Assembly (NCBI RefSeq): GCF_009834535.1
Contig: NC_045696.1
Span: 16,680,001 to 16,744,000 of the forward strand
Direction: 5' to 3'
Length of the DNA: 64,000 bases
Source of the DNA: Camelus ferus
Lineage: Eukaryota
Position numbers and translations under genes: made by a program. The notes beneath the pieces are model-generated. The model was given only the letters and a program-made list of their open reading frames with translations. It was not told the DNA's origin and searched no databases. How positions within the stretch are numbered: the stretch's first letter is position 1; the number at the start of each line of letters is the position of its first letter. Below, piece after piece: positions 51,740 through 64,000 of the stretch.

Positions 51740-51920
51740 TTTATTTTTAGAGTTGCTGTACAATATTCTGTAAGCTACAGGTGTACAATATAGTGATTAT
51801 AATTTTTGAAGGTTATACTCCACTTGTGCTTATTATAAAACATTGGCTCTATCCCCCATGTTGTACAATATATTCATGTAGCTTCTTTTATACCTAATAG
51901 TTTGTACCTTTTACTTCCCT
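51740..51920 (-). mobile_element. Short younger L1 3' end nested in L1MC
   Basis: caggtgtacaatatagtgat...aaggttatactcca...tacctaatagtttgtacc; same family as 50352-50720. Confidence 0.75.
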
Positions 51921-53214
51921 ACAGCTGTATTGTGTTTTAATGGTGATTTTCTATTTCTCTTATTCCTTCTACATTCATTAATTGGAATTCTTTTGCAAGA
52001 AAAATGTCTCTTCTTCTCTATTCACTTATTATTTCAATTATTTCTTTATGTCAATATGGCATCTTGGATATTTATTTTATTCTTTCAGAAATAATCCATT
52101 TTTTTTTCGTGGCTCATATTGTCACTTTGCCGTCAGGAGTTCTTCTAGGTTGGCTCCCACGTCCCTTTGACATGTGCTCATCCTTCTGCGTTGGAGCACT
52201 TCCTTTGTTTCTGACATTACAAGATTCTCCAGGTCCATCTTGTCTTTTTCCTGCCCCAGTGTAAGAGTCAGCCATTTCTCCAAGGAGCACTGGTTCTGTT
52301 TGTTGGAGAATGGTATTTTAAAAACCAATATGTGGAGTTAGGCATGCTCATTGCTACGGGGTATCACAACTTCTGGGTCCTTTCAGCAGATAAAGCTAGG
52401 AAGTGATGTAGGTTTGCCAATCCACGTACAGGCTTATATTTATATTTATTTCTGTATCTATCCATATATTTATTAAAACAAACATAAATTTCATTTTGAA
52501 ATACACAACTTCAATCTGGCATCGATTTTCTTCTAGCATTCCCACTTTTCTTACTTGTAACTTCTTTTTCTACGTTGAGAAAAATTGCTCTCAGATACAG
52601 ACAATATGAAGATGTTTCAGAATTTTGAATGTGTACTCCTGTGAGAAATAATTTACCAACTAGAGTATGGTGTTTGTGTACAGTTCTCTTGGTCATCAGG
52701 CTTACAGTATAAAGTCAAAACATTATTTTTTCAAGGAAACTTAGGAGACGTTACTCTGTACCCCTTCGGTGAGGTTCTATCTTGCATACAGTTACATGCA
52801 TCTGTCACAGTCTGAATTCTTTCCAGTGTTCCCCTGACATCTTGATTGATGGATATTTTAAAAATTTGTTCACAGTAAAATTTACTTTTTGTGACATAGA
52901 GTTCTGTGACTTTCACAAAAGCAGGAAGTCATGTTTCCACCATTCCAGCACCATATAGAACAGTTCCATCACTCTAAGAAAGCTCTAAACAGCCCCCTTT
53001 GCACAGTCTCCAACCTCTGGCAGCCACCAGTCCGTATTCTATTCCTGTCATTTTGAATTTTCCGGAACGTCACCAGGATAGAGTCGTACCATATGTAAAC
53101 ACTTTTTTTTTTTTTAAAAATCTGGCTTCTTTTACTTAGCGAAACATATTAAAATTCATATATATTCTTGGGTGAATCTAGTTCATTTTAAAATGATGCT
53201 TTTAAAATGAACTG

Positions 53215-53249
53215 ATGCTTGCTTCAGCAGCACACATACTAAAATGGAA
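53215..53249 (+). pseudogene. 3'-truncated U6 snRNA retro-pseudogene (first ~36 nt)
   Basis: ATGCTTGCTTCAGCAGCACACATACTAAAAT-GGAA vs U6 5' end GTGCTCGCTTCGGCAGCACATATACTAAAATTGGAA: 4 transitions (2 at CpG) and one 1-nt deletion. Confidence 0.85.
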
Positions 53250-54349
53250 TAGTATTTTATTGTAGAACATATCATAGTTTATTTATCCATTCACCTACTG
53301 AAGGACATTTAGGTTGTTTCCAGTTTTTGGTGACCATGAATGATGCTGCTGTAAACATTTGTATAAAATTTGATGTGAACATCAGTTTTTAATTCACTTG
53401 AGTGAATACCTAGGAGTGGGATTGCTGGGTTGTTCGAGAAAGTGCAAAACTACAAGTAAGGCTGGAATGGAATGGGAGATAGAAGGAACATAACAGAGAT
53501 AAATAGAGAGAAAAAAACCACTGTGGGCTTCCAGCCTGAAGCAAGCCTGAACTTGGTGAGGAGAGAAAACACTAAATCAAGATCAGATTTTCAATTACTA
53601 TTTTAGGCTGGACATAACTGAATTGAGAATGTTTTTGTGACTGCACCGGCTGAGTGAGCAGAAAAGCCATGGGACATGCTAAGATTTAACCTAGGGGGTA
53701 AACACATTTTAAAGGGGCAGAGGGAAACACAAAATGTGTACCTAAATTCCCTATAAATAATGCCTTTCAACATGCCCCAATCATCCAACAACCAAATTAC
53801 ATCCACTTTGGTGATTAATTTACTGTTCTGTCATTGGATGTGATAAATTAAGTCAATGTCTCATGACTTTACTATTATGAAAACAACAGCAATGGTTTCA
53901 GGTAAGGAAATGATAAAACAACTATAATACTAGTCCTGAAACAGAGGTTAAGTTAAACTTTGTTTTGAAATCAGCAAAATGAGTACTAAATTTTCAGGTC
54001 TTGCAGGTAAGTAATTTAAGGGAGAACTATGATATCATATATATGATAGTTATATATAATATATATATTTATATATATAAAACCTTCTTACCCCTTAGAA
54101 TATATCAGACTAGCTTGTGTAAAAGGGACTGAAATAAATATTTATTGAATGAATGAATAAATGAGAACTGGTGCTCAGTAAACACTTAAAATATCTATAT
54201 ACATATATAAACTATTTACACTTCTAAATTAGCTATTTCCTTACATAGTTGTTTCTGAGGCAAAAAGGGATTTAGAGTCTAATAATTCATTTTATTTAAA
54301 AAGTTAAATGTTAATGGTCAATAACGTGGCCATTTACAGTGTTTAATAA

Positions 54350-54570
54350 TATGGACTTTATATAGATTTGAATTTGATTTCGGGATTCACTCCTTACAGT
54401 GAGCCCTGGGGTACATAACTTCTCTGAACTTTCCTTTCCTTTCCTTTCCTTGTCTATAATGTTGATCCCAGAGGTTACTGAGAGAATTAAAGGAGAGGCA
54501 GGTATAACGAAGGCCTGGGTTGTGGTGAACCCTCCATAAATGCTTGCTCTTATAGCTTCTTATTACATTA
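54350..54570 (+). mobile_element. MIR SINE
   Basis: gtgagccctggggtacataacttctctgaactt...gaggttactgagagaattaaaggaga...cataaatgcttgct. Confidence 0.5.
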
Positions 54571-57500
54571 CTAATTCAACTCACAGTGTTCTCATCTGCT
54601 TTGATAGACTACGCACATGAGCAAAAAAATCACTTCTCCACAGAATTCTCATTTTGGCCACATAGATCCTGGGACTTTTGTTTGCAATCAACCTATTTGT
54701 TATTTGAATGAGGGCCTATGAAGCTCATCAATCATACAGAGATACACAAGGAGGCTGAACATATTGATTAAGTAGTAATAAACAGGTTTGACTATAATGG
54801 GCTATTCGGTGTGGCAGAAAACATCATTTTGAAGCAAGTATTTTATTGAAGTGTTTCCTTAGGCAGATCTGATCCCTTTGTGAAGAAAAATTGGCCAAGT
54901 GTAAATAGCTCAGATAGGCACATTTGTGAGTAGAGAAACTCTCTAAAAGATATTTCTTCTGCTAAATCAAGAAACATGCAGATTACTTGGACAACATGAC
55001 ACATTTTTTGGATAAATGTGCTCTCAAAGTAAAAATATATATGTATGTTATTGAAAATTTAAAAATAACACAAGAACATGGATTGCATATAATTTATATT
55101 CATTTGTAAAACTTTTTGTTTCAAACATATACAAAAGTAGACAAAATAATATAATGACCCTCCCTTCCTGCACCAACCCCCCCACCATGAATCCAACATC
55201 TGACGTTAAAAATCATCCACTCATGACTACTTTTATTCAATCTATTGCCCCCAACCCACTCCCCTATTTCTGAATTATTTTCAAATGAATCTCAGACAAT
55301 TTTTCATGTCTGGGTCTATTTTTTTAATCTAGGGAAAATATAATTCTACCATTTGTATAGATACAAGGGTTACCTTGTGTGTCATTCACTGCATCTTTGT
55401 CAAACAGGGAACACTTTAAAAGCTATGTTTATATTTTAAAGAAATGAAACATGTTATCAGTATCCTTCTTAAATATATTGCAAGTTATTTTTTAACCAAA
55501 ATATCATAGTTGGAAAAAGCTTTGAATAAAGTCCACAGATAAAATACTGTTTCACAGCTGAGCTTTTCATCTTTTAAAATGAGCCTCTAGAGGCAATATA
55601 AGACTTCCTTATGACATATTTAATTTCACATCAAAAATGATGTATAAGTGTATTGGAGCCATTACGTTTTTAAAAACCTAAGTGTTAATTTGTATTTGAA
55701 ATATACAGAAACAAAACCAAATGTGATGATCTTTTTGTCCTTAAATGGAATACATACTTTTTTCTCAAAAGCACACAACTATTTAGAAAATCAAGTAGTT
55801 TGACCTTTCAGTTCTCCAGGTTCATATTCTCCTGGTTGTAATCATTTTTTGGCAGTAATTAGGTTTCCTTTTGGAATTTTATGAAATGACTGTTGGTAAT
55901 ATTAATCACGTTAAGAGATTTCAGAGTTCAGAAATGCATAGAGCTTAGGGTAAATGTTTGACTAGGATAAATGTGGCATTTGAATTTCAGAACATTATAT
56001 ATTTTCATAGAAATAAAATAAATGTTGTCTGAATGGCAAACATTTCATATAGCTGGAATTTAATGGAGCAAAGAATTATTTTGAAGGGCATAGAGATTTA
56101 CTTTGCTTTGATATGATAAATAGTGAACACATACAATATGAACTAATTCATTTAAAGCACATATTTCAAGAAATATTAAATTATATTTCCTAAATACCCA
56201 GTATTCAATGAGATTTTAAAAAGCAAAAGCTTCACATTTGAATTAGCATTTATATTTACCTTCTTTATAACCAATTTCTCACTTTGGGGGAAAAAAGATT
56301 TCCATGCATATTTCCAATTCCAAGTTTCTTGTGAGATGTAAAGACTTATTTTTAAAAAAATCCCAAATAATGCCTTAGTATAGAGTCATATTATAACTTT
56401 ACCCTAAACCCTTGATAGTTTTGTGTGTAACTTTAATGATAAAGTATTCAGTCAGAAAAGTTTTGATTTTGATGGTAAAGAGAAAAGCAAAATGATGAAT
56501 TTGAAACCGGAGTGAGAGAGTATAAGTATTTGCCTATTTAACCACATTATTTTTGAATCAGTTCTCAAAAAGTTGAAAACAACTTTTTTGAACTTCTTGG
56601 AAACAAGAAAGATAGTAAATTTAGATTTCTCTTCAGATTAACTTGTTAATATTGGGGTCATCACACTAAACTGTTACCAAATTCCTATTTATTGTTAAAA
56701 ATAACACTTTTATAGATTAGATTAACTAGATCAGACCATTTGAGTTAATGAAGTGAATAGTTGAAACATCTGTAAATGAGAAATGGCCCAGTTAAAAATT
56801 GTTGATATTGACCATTGGAACTGAGAGGAGAATTAGAGATTCATTTTGTGATTCTATGTGTTTATCTGGGTACGTTATGATAGGAAATGGAAGGTTACAT
56901 TTTCAGTACCATTTTTGTAAACTTGCCTTATAGACAACTAAAATAAATAATCTTTCACTGTGTTTGTATTATGTCCAATGTTTACAGTAACTATTATGGG
57001 GTCAGAAGACGAAGAACACAGGGTACTGTCATCAGAAATGATGGCACTCCTACTTCTGCTTATGTTCTAGGAACTGGTATTACAATGAAAATGAAATGCC
57101 TAAAATCAATCATCTTTGCTAAGATCTTCTTACAGACTGATTATTTACCAGATTCCCTCACCTAATAAACTAGCAATCTACTTGCTGGCTTCAGGTTTTC
57201 TGGGCATGTCTATTCAGTTACGGTGAAATATATTATATACTGACAATCTCTCTGGTATCTTGTCTCTGTCACATGATTTATCTTCGTTCAGGTGGATATG
57301 GGTGAGTCACAGGAGATTAAATTGGGTTAGTGGAATGGTTCTTTAAAAGGATCAGAGCAGGAAAGTGCCCGAGGAGGAGGACAGATAGGTCGTAAGGACC
57401 ACCGTACGCCAAGAAGTTCATGTTTGTCCTGGTAGCTCAAGCTTGAGCTCAGAGCAAGAAAGATGAGATGAACACAAAAGGTTCAGGAGCTGGCTGGACA

Positions 57501-58399
57501 TAGAGACAGGGCAAGACGACAGAGAACCCTGAGCAAAGCGACGTCCAAAATAGTGCTGAATGGATGCAGAGGGCTCCAGGCTCATTTCGCAGTGTTTCTT
57601 TTCTGTTGAGTAGAAATAATTCGTTGTCTAAGTGGTTCACTATCTCTTCAAAGAACAAACTTCAAAGATAACAATTATTCTAAGCAATTCACCATGGGCC
57701 ACCCTCTCATTGCCCCAGTCATTCCTGACTTGGTCTCATCTCCGAGACCGCGACTCCAAATTCCAACTTTACAACCCACTTCTGAGTCCTCTTTCTTTGG
57801 ATACACCAGACCTTCTCTCCATCCTCAGAGCTACATGAGAGTTGCGCTGTCCCTGGCTTTGTTCTCTGGTTTTTGCCCCCATTAGTTGCCGTGAGGAGTG
57901 CCAGCTTCAGCTCAGTCCTACAGAATTCTGCCTCCAGCCAGCCAGTCCCATCATCATCATCTTTGTCCATGGAGAAGCAGGTGGAGGGCAGATAAAAACA
58001 TGACAGTGGCAAAAAGGCAATGTGGAGTTCGAAACAGAGTGAGTTTGAATTTTCCCTTATGAGATGGTGTTAGTTGTTAAGACAGATTTTAAAAAAGCTT
58101 TGGATAGAATGTTATATGCTGATTGTGTGTGTTGTATATTGTCAATACTAATTAAACTGAACCTTTAAGATGTCTGCTTTTTTAAATTATTTGTGCTTTT
58201 TACCTCAATTTAAAAATAAAAGCAGGTCTGCAAAAGCAAGTATACTATGAACCCATTTGTGCATAATGATTATATGCATACATCCATTTGCAAAAAAGAA
58301 AGTAAATGATTTGCATTCCTGCTATTCAAAGGTAACCACTACACTCATTTTGGTAAACATTCCTTCAGATACTATTTCTTGTGTATGTGTGATAAAGCT

Positions 58400-58630
58400 C
58401 AGCGATTCTCGACCAGGTCCTCTCCACACCCCTCCCACCCCAGGCCATATTTGCCAATGGCTGAAGGAATTTTTGGTTGTCCCAACTGAAGGGATGTTAC
58501 TGACATCTAGTGGGTAGGGGCCAGGAAGCTTATGAACATCCTACAATGCGCAGGACAGCCCTCCCCCTGACTCCCCAGCAAAGACGTATATAGTCCAAAA
58601 TGCCAATAATGCCAAGGTTGAGAAGCTCAG
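58400..58630. mobile_element. hAT-Charlie MITE (MER20)
   Basis: cagcgattctcgacc...tttttggttgtcccaactg...gacatctagtgggtaggggccagg...aacatcctacaatgcgcaggacagccc...gccaaggttgagaa. Confidence 0.85.
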
Positions 58631-58714
58631 ATGTAGACTGATAGATATATCTATCTTATCACTATGCATGGATGAAGTTATAGTATAAATACTTCTGCAG
58701 GTTTACTTCTGTTT

Positions 58715-59130
58715 ATTTATTTTCTACTGTGGTAAAAAACATAAACAATGAAAAAGCACCAATCACAAAGTTTGCTTCATTAACTTTGACAGTTGACTAC
58801 ATCCATGTAGCCACAGCCAAAAATAACATAGGAAACATTTTTATCATTTGAAAAAAATCTCTTGTGTGTTCTTCCAGTCAGTTTCCTCCACCTACGGAGG
58901 TATCAGTTCTGACTTCCGTCACTGTACTCTTGGAGTTTTATAAGTGTGGTCACACAGCATGGAAATGTGGATGCGTATTACTTCAGTAAATTTTGTTTTT
59001 GAAAGCATCTCATTAAATGTTCATGAAATTCATCTATGTTCTTGAGTCAATTGGTAGTTCATTCCTTTTCTATCATTGAGTGATTTTTTTTTTGTATGGC
59101 TATTACACAGTTTGTGTATTTTATTTGTTT
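58715..59130 (-). mobile_element. Old L1M 3' fragment
   Basis: catccatgtagccacagcc...ataggaaacattt...aattcatctatgtt...gtagttcattcctttt. Confidence 0.6.
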
Positions 59131-59159
59131 TTTTTTGGATCAAATAGCTCATTAATTGG

Positions 59160-59510
59160 TTTTTTTTAACATTTTTTATTGATTTATAATCATTTTACAA
59201 TGTTGTGTCAAATTCCAATGTAGAGCACAATTTTTCAGTTATACATGAACATGTATATATTCATTGTCACATTTTTTTCTCTGTGAGCTACCATAAGATC
59301 TTGTGTATATTTCCCTGTGCTGTACAGTATAATCTTGTTCATCTATTCTACAATTTTAAAATCCCATCTATTCCTTTCCACCCTCCACCCCCTTGGCAAC
59401 CACAAGTTTGTATTCTATGTCTATGAGTCTATTTCTGTTTTGTATTTATGCTTTGTTTTTTTTTGTTTTTGTTTTTTAGATTCCACATATGAGCGATCTC
59501 ATATGGTATT
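59160..59510 (-). mobile_element. Young camelid L1 3' end
   Basis: ttttaacattttttattgatttataatcattttacaatgttgtgtcaaattcc...tagattccacatatgagcgatctcatatggtatt; retained CpG, little apparent decay. Confidence 0.85.
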
Positions 59511-60199
59511 GTATTTAATTTGTTGATTAAGGATATTAAAACAGTGTGCCTTAGAATGCCCTAGAATAAATAGAAAGTTCAATTCAAAAGGAAATATTAA
59601 CAAGTCTTATGAACTAAACTGCCTTAACATAAAATAATAACTTTGATTGCATTGTTAGTAGCAATATTGATTGTATAATCTATGTGAAAAAAATCAAATT
59701 GTGCAAATATCCTAAACATTATAAAAATAAAACACCTTTTTTGACATAATAGCTTTGCTTCAATAAACAAAAATTTGAAGAGGGTGTGGATAGTAGCAAC
59801 AAATAAGAAAATTAGGGATTAGTGAGATAGTCTACGTGTATATTACAAAAATTTATTTGAAGGGATTTGAACATCATTTTTCCTGGTAGACTATTAAAAG
59901 CCAAGTAAAACTGAGATCCACACAAATTTAAACGCCATTAAATCAGCTAGCATTTTCTGGGAGAGAACTCTCTCCTTACAACTCATCGGACATGCATCTG
60001 CTCATCTGCCTTGTCCACAGGAATTGTTTTAGTTGTCTGAGCAGGAGCAACAAGTTCAGACGATTTGCTTTGAAAAACATTAATTTAGAACCAGCCAAGC
60101 TTAGAAGTGGCCCAGGCTTTCAAATGTCACTTGTGGAACAAATATTTAATCTAATAAAGTGTAAAATGCACTAATAAAGATGCCAAGTACGAGGGCGCC

Positions 60200-60440
60200 A
60201 CGAGGAGGTGGTTTCAAGGGCAGACTCTCCAGTCTGGCCATGTGGATTTGAATTCCAGCTTCGCTGTCGAATTGCTCTGGGATGCTGGGCATTTGACTTT
60301 ACCTCTCAGTGGCTTAATTTCCTCAGGAGTGAAGTGGGAATCTGATTATAGGTTTTTGTGAATTTTAAATGAGAAAATGCTTGTGAAGTACTTCAACGAT
60401 GTCAGACACCTAGAAATATTCAGAAATATTAGTTGTAATT
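60200..60440 (+). mobile_element. MIR SINE (near full length)
   Basis: ggatttgaattccagcttcgct...gggcatttgactttacctctcagtggcttaatttcctc...aaatgagaaaatgcttgtgaagtactt. Confidence 0.65.
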
Positions 60441-60919
60441 GAAATACAACAGATGCTTGATAGAAAAATAATACTCAGTTTTTAAAATAAGCTGCATGTA
60501 TTTAAAGTCAGTAACAAAATTTAGGTCAGCATCAGGATGTGCTTATTCAACTATACTTAATTTCTCCAAACCCACGAGGTTGTTAAATGCCAGAGGTGAG
60601 AGTCAAACCAAGATTGGTCTATTGTTCTGGTCCAAATCCTTGCTCTTGAGTAACATGCTACAGGGGAGTGCCCCCCACCTCCAGTGCTATCGGTCCATCC
60701 CCTCACCACCCCAGGTCGGCTGTCCTTAGCCTGACCAAAAGCCTGAAGATGAAACTTCCAAATTAGGCAGCCTAGAAATATCAGATACACAAATTTAAAT
60801 GCATTTTAAGTGTTATTTTATAATAGCAACATTATAGAAATCTGATTTTTTAAAATTTCCTCTTTTCCATCCCTACTTTTTTTTTTTCCAGATTTGACTT
60901 ATTTCTGTTGTATTTCTTT

Positions 60920-61059
60920 AGTGTCATTATAGTAACTTATTTTCTTTTTCATCCTCATTTCTAGACCATGAAGTCCTTAAACACAGGATCTGAATCTTGG
61001 TCATCTCTGAACCCAGGGCTCCTGGCGTAATAAACCAAGGAAGGAAAATGAATGAATGA
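60920..61059 (+). mobile_element. L2 3' end
   Basis: ctagaccatgaagtccttaaacacagga...gtcatctctgaacccagggctcctggc...atgaatgaatga. Confidence 0.55.
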
Positions 61060-61066
61060 CTTCTCT

Positions 61067-61546
61067 TGTTAAGGAAAGCAAGTTTGTGTGCCCGATGCAC
61101 TGTGAGGCCAAACAGACCTAAATATCACATCGAAGTTTGGAGCAGAGAAAGGTTTATTGCAGGGTCAAGCAAAGAGGATGGGGTGGCTTATGCCCAAGAA
61201 AATCCTGAACTCCCAGAGGGTTTCAGCAAAGCATGTTTAAGGGCCAGGTAAGGGAGGGGGTTGCAGGGTACATGATCAGCTTGTGCACAATTCTCTGACT
61301 GTTTGATGTAGAGGTTAACAGGGAGGTCAACACTATCAACCCTTAGGCACCAGAAGGTCTGGGGGCCATGTGCTTGTGATCATCAAATGGTTAACTTTTC
61401 TCTTTGGTGGTGGTTTTCAGCATCTGAAAAACTTGGGAAATATGTATGAGATGCTATCACCTGGGTACTTCCAAGAGGACCTATAGCAGAGGATATGCGG
61501 GAGGGGTCTATCCTGGGAAGTCCCCGCCGGGTCCTGTTTGGTTACG
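61067..61546 (-). mobile_element. ERV1-type solo LTR, 4-bp TSD
   Basis: TGTTAAGG...GGTTACG (terminal CA changed to CG), exact TSD CTCT at 61063-61066 and 61547-61550, minus-strand AATAAA near 61153. Confidence 0.85.
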
Positions 61547-62989
61547 CTCTGAGGCTCTTCCTCTCATCTGCCTTGATACACCGCCCAGCATTTCTGCTCT
61601 GGGGTTTTATTATTTCCCAGAGTTCTTTTCAGGAAAGGGGTCAAATAAAGAAAGGCACTTTCTACTCTCAAATACCGTAACAGTTTCTGCCTAGCTCCCT
61701 CCCATGCTCGGTTTAGAAGACTGGGTGAATAGGTGACCTTTTTAAGGTACCGACAACATCTCTCAACTTTCACTCCTGTTTTTCCTCCACTTCAGTACAG
61801 GGAACATTTGTTGCATCTGTGGAGTTCAGAATCTCTCTCATGTGCTTCCGTACTTCCTCCCCACGATGCATTGTTCATACACTCTGGCCTTTTGGTCATC
61901 TCTGAAGACTGCATTTGTAAATTTAAAGCAAGGAAAATGTTTGTTTCTTCCATTTGCTAGGTCATCCTTTCCTGGAGACAGAAGCGTCCTAGACAGGGAG
62001 GAAGGGACAGGGATAAAAGGAATTTTAAAGAAGAAAGATCACTACTACACAAAACACATTGGTTAATATTTTTGAAATTTTGTAGTACCCCATAACACAG
62101 AGAATGTGTTTGAACGTGTCTGCTTCTCTGACAGTGGACTGGTAAGGGAGGAAGTGATGTTAGTAAACTGGGACTTAGTGTGAAATGCAAGAATAAATTG
62201 TGCTTTCTTGCATAAGGCTGCACTCCTGAAATACTTAGTGTTGATGTTCACTTTCTTTCTTTAAATTCCTACTCTTCTTTTTATTCATTAGACAAGAGCT
62301 GCTTAGAATATTAAAATGAAATGTTACAAGTTTCTGAGTTTTTCAGCCAGAAGATGTTGATTTCAGAGGGAAGGGTAAACTTTTAAATACAGACATTTTA
62401 AATGAAAATGATTCTTTTGCTCAAAAGTATTTATCAATCATTAACAACATACATAGGAAGTGTAAAACTTCATTATGCTTGAAACTGCCTAGGAATTGCC
62501 TTGATAGAGTCAGGGTTTTGTTTTTTTTCTTTCCATTTTTGTTTTGTTTTGCTTTTTAAAATCTGTTGTTTACTTAAGAAGGAATCATTCAAGTTAATTC
62601 TCACAAACCTGTGATTTCACTATGTCTTCACTAGGATAAGCGGGGATTCCATCTCCTCTAAATTGGAGCTAAGTGTTCTTTATTATTGCTTAGCTCAAGA
62701 TCACATGCATTTTTATAAAATACCCAATACTTATTGACATAATTTTCTTATTTTTAGAGACTCTATAAAGTGGGAACACAGGGATATTTTAAATTCTATA
62801 AATTGGAGGGCGTGGGAAATGTGTGCTTGTATCTGGGTGTATATGGGTCAAATACAAATTCCAGCTTCTTATTCAATGGTGAAACATTAAAGTGTTCCTT
62901 TAAAGTAAAAAAGAAAAAAAAATATCATATGTATTTTTAGAATCCAGGTAGTAAGTACTCAGTTCTGCCTTCTGCAAATAACAATTCCC

Positions 62990-63345
62990 AATAGATATTC
63001 GAGGGTGTTGATTTTTTTATATGATGCCCGCTGCACAAATCTCTTGTACGCTGAATGTTGAACAACCATTACCATTATTTTGACAAATTTTCTAAGATAT
63101 TTGGCACTAGTTTTGACAAATGGTCATGATGGAGCGGATTCAGATGGATGACAGGCAGCTGTAGAGCAGCTCGACCAATTGATTTTTTCATCCTGGAATA
63201 ATTCAAAAAAGCTAAGGAAAGCGTTAATCTGACTTGACAGCGGGAGATCCATCTGCACTGTGAACTGGAGGTGATTGTTAAGGGGCTGGACATACTCCGC
63301 AGAGGTCATCTTCACTAGAGCAAATCAAATACTTGCCATTGTCAA
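62990..63345. promoter_or_regulatory. Candidate conserved enhancer (TALE + bHLH motif cluster)
   Basis: Non-repetitive, about 8 CpGs in 300 bp; TGACA/TGTCA at 63081, 63114, 63149, 63235, 63340; E-boxes CAAATG 63117, CAGATG 63141, CAGCTG 63156, CATCTG 63250. Confidence 0.45.
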
Positions 63346-63496
63346 CTCCCTACAGTGTGAAAAAGGTATTGCAACCCCTAGCCTAGATGATTGTGTTTAA
63401 AAGTGTGTTATATAAAAATCAAAATAAATTTTATATGGGCTGGCTTGGCATATGAAATGCATTACCCAAGTCATTAGGGTTCCTCTAGATAAGGGA

Positions 63497-64000
63497 TGTG
63501 TGTGTATGTGTGTGTGTGTATGTGTGTGTAAGTTTACAATGTACAACAGGGTTAGTAAATTTTGAGTGTACAACAAAACAATCCAGTTATGCATACACAT
63601 GCTATATATATTTTTCTTTTCAGATTCTTTTCCACTATATGTTATTACAAGAAATTATAGTTCCTTGTACTATATAGTAAGTCATCTATTTTATATATAG
63701 TAATGTGTATCTGTTAATCCCAAACTTTGGTAACCATAGTTTGTTTTCTATGTCTATGAGTCTGTTCTTGGTTTGTAAATAGAATTTGTATATTTTTTTA
63801 AGATTCCACATATAATTGATATCATATGATACTTGTCTTTCTCTGTCTGACTTATTTCACTTAATATGGTAATCCTAGGTCTATCCATGTTGCTTAAAAT
63901 GGCATTTTCCATTCTTTCTTATGGCTGAGTAATACTCCATTTTATAGTTATACTGCCTCTTCTTTATCTGGTCACCTGTTGGACATTCAGGTAGTTTCCA
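63497..64000 (-). mobile_element. Imperfect (TG)n followed by L1 3' end running off the window
   Basis: tgtgtgtgtatgtgtg...; ttcagattcttttccact...gattccacatata...atccatgttgc...ggctgagtaatactccatt. Confidence 0.85.

Larger units (their letters stand above)
50730..53430 (-). mobile_element. Old L1MC-like 3' region with nested insertions (L1 tail, MER58A, younger L1, U6 fragment)
   Basis: tgaaataattttagacttt, tggtgatgtcaaccttgagcacttgggtaagg, gtcagccatttctccaaggagcactggttc, acctaggagtgggattgctggg. Confidence 0.7.

Noticed and set aside
56560..56594. Short hairpins (also 28933-28964) resembling terminators
   Set aside because: 9-15 bp AT-rich arms are expected by chance; intrinsic terminators do not apply to mammalian nuclear DNA
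1..64000. CRISPR arrays, operons, phage or other prokaryotic or foreign inserts
   Set aside because: No regularly spaced repeats, no long ORFs and no segment lacking mammalian CpG depletion were seen

Overview
AT-rich, CpG-depleted mammalian non-coding DNA, most likely camelid (alpaca/camel). This inference rests on three short tRNA-derived SINEs of the Vic-1 type and camelid-like L1 3' ends, with no Alu, Bov-A/B, PRE-1 or SINEC elements seen. I recognise no protein-coding gene. The listed ORFs look like chance or repeat-derived frames, apart from a decayed hAT-Charlie transposase remnant (~15.0-15.3 kb) and an L1 ORF2 tail (~44.7-45.1 kb). Much of the window is recognisable transposon debris: L1, L2, MIR, ERV1/ERVL/MaLR LTRs and hAT/Tigger MITEs. 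Family names are from recalled consensus motifs, not a database search, and boundaries are approximate unless a TSD is given. L1/LTR orientation is strongly minus-biased, which hints at a long intron of a + strand host gene. The most unusual signals are a near-perfect 103-nt fold-back palindrome inside an ERV remnant (38509-38611), two well-formed minus-strand exon candidates (4877-5179, 28421-28636), a TALE/E-box-dense enhancer-like block (~63.0-63.35 kb), a 35-nt U6 snRNA retro-fragment and several nested insertions. I cannot support a new multi-gene biological system from this sequence.
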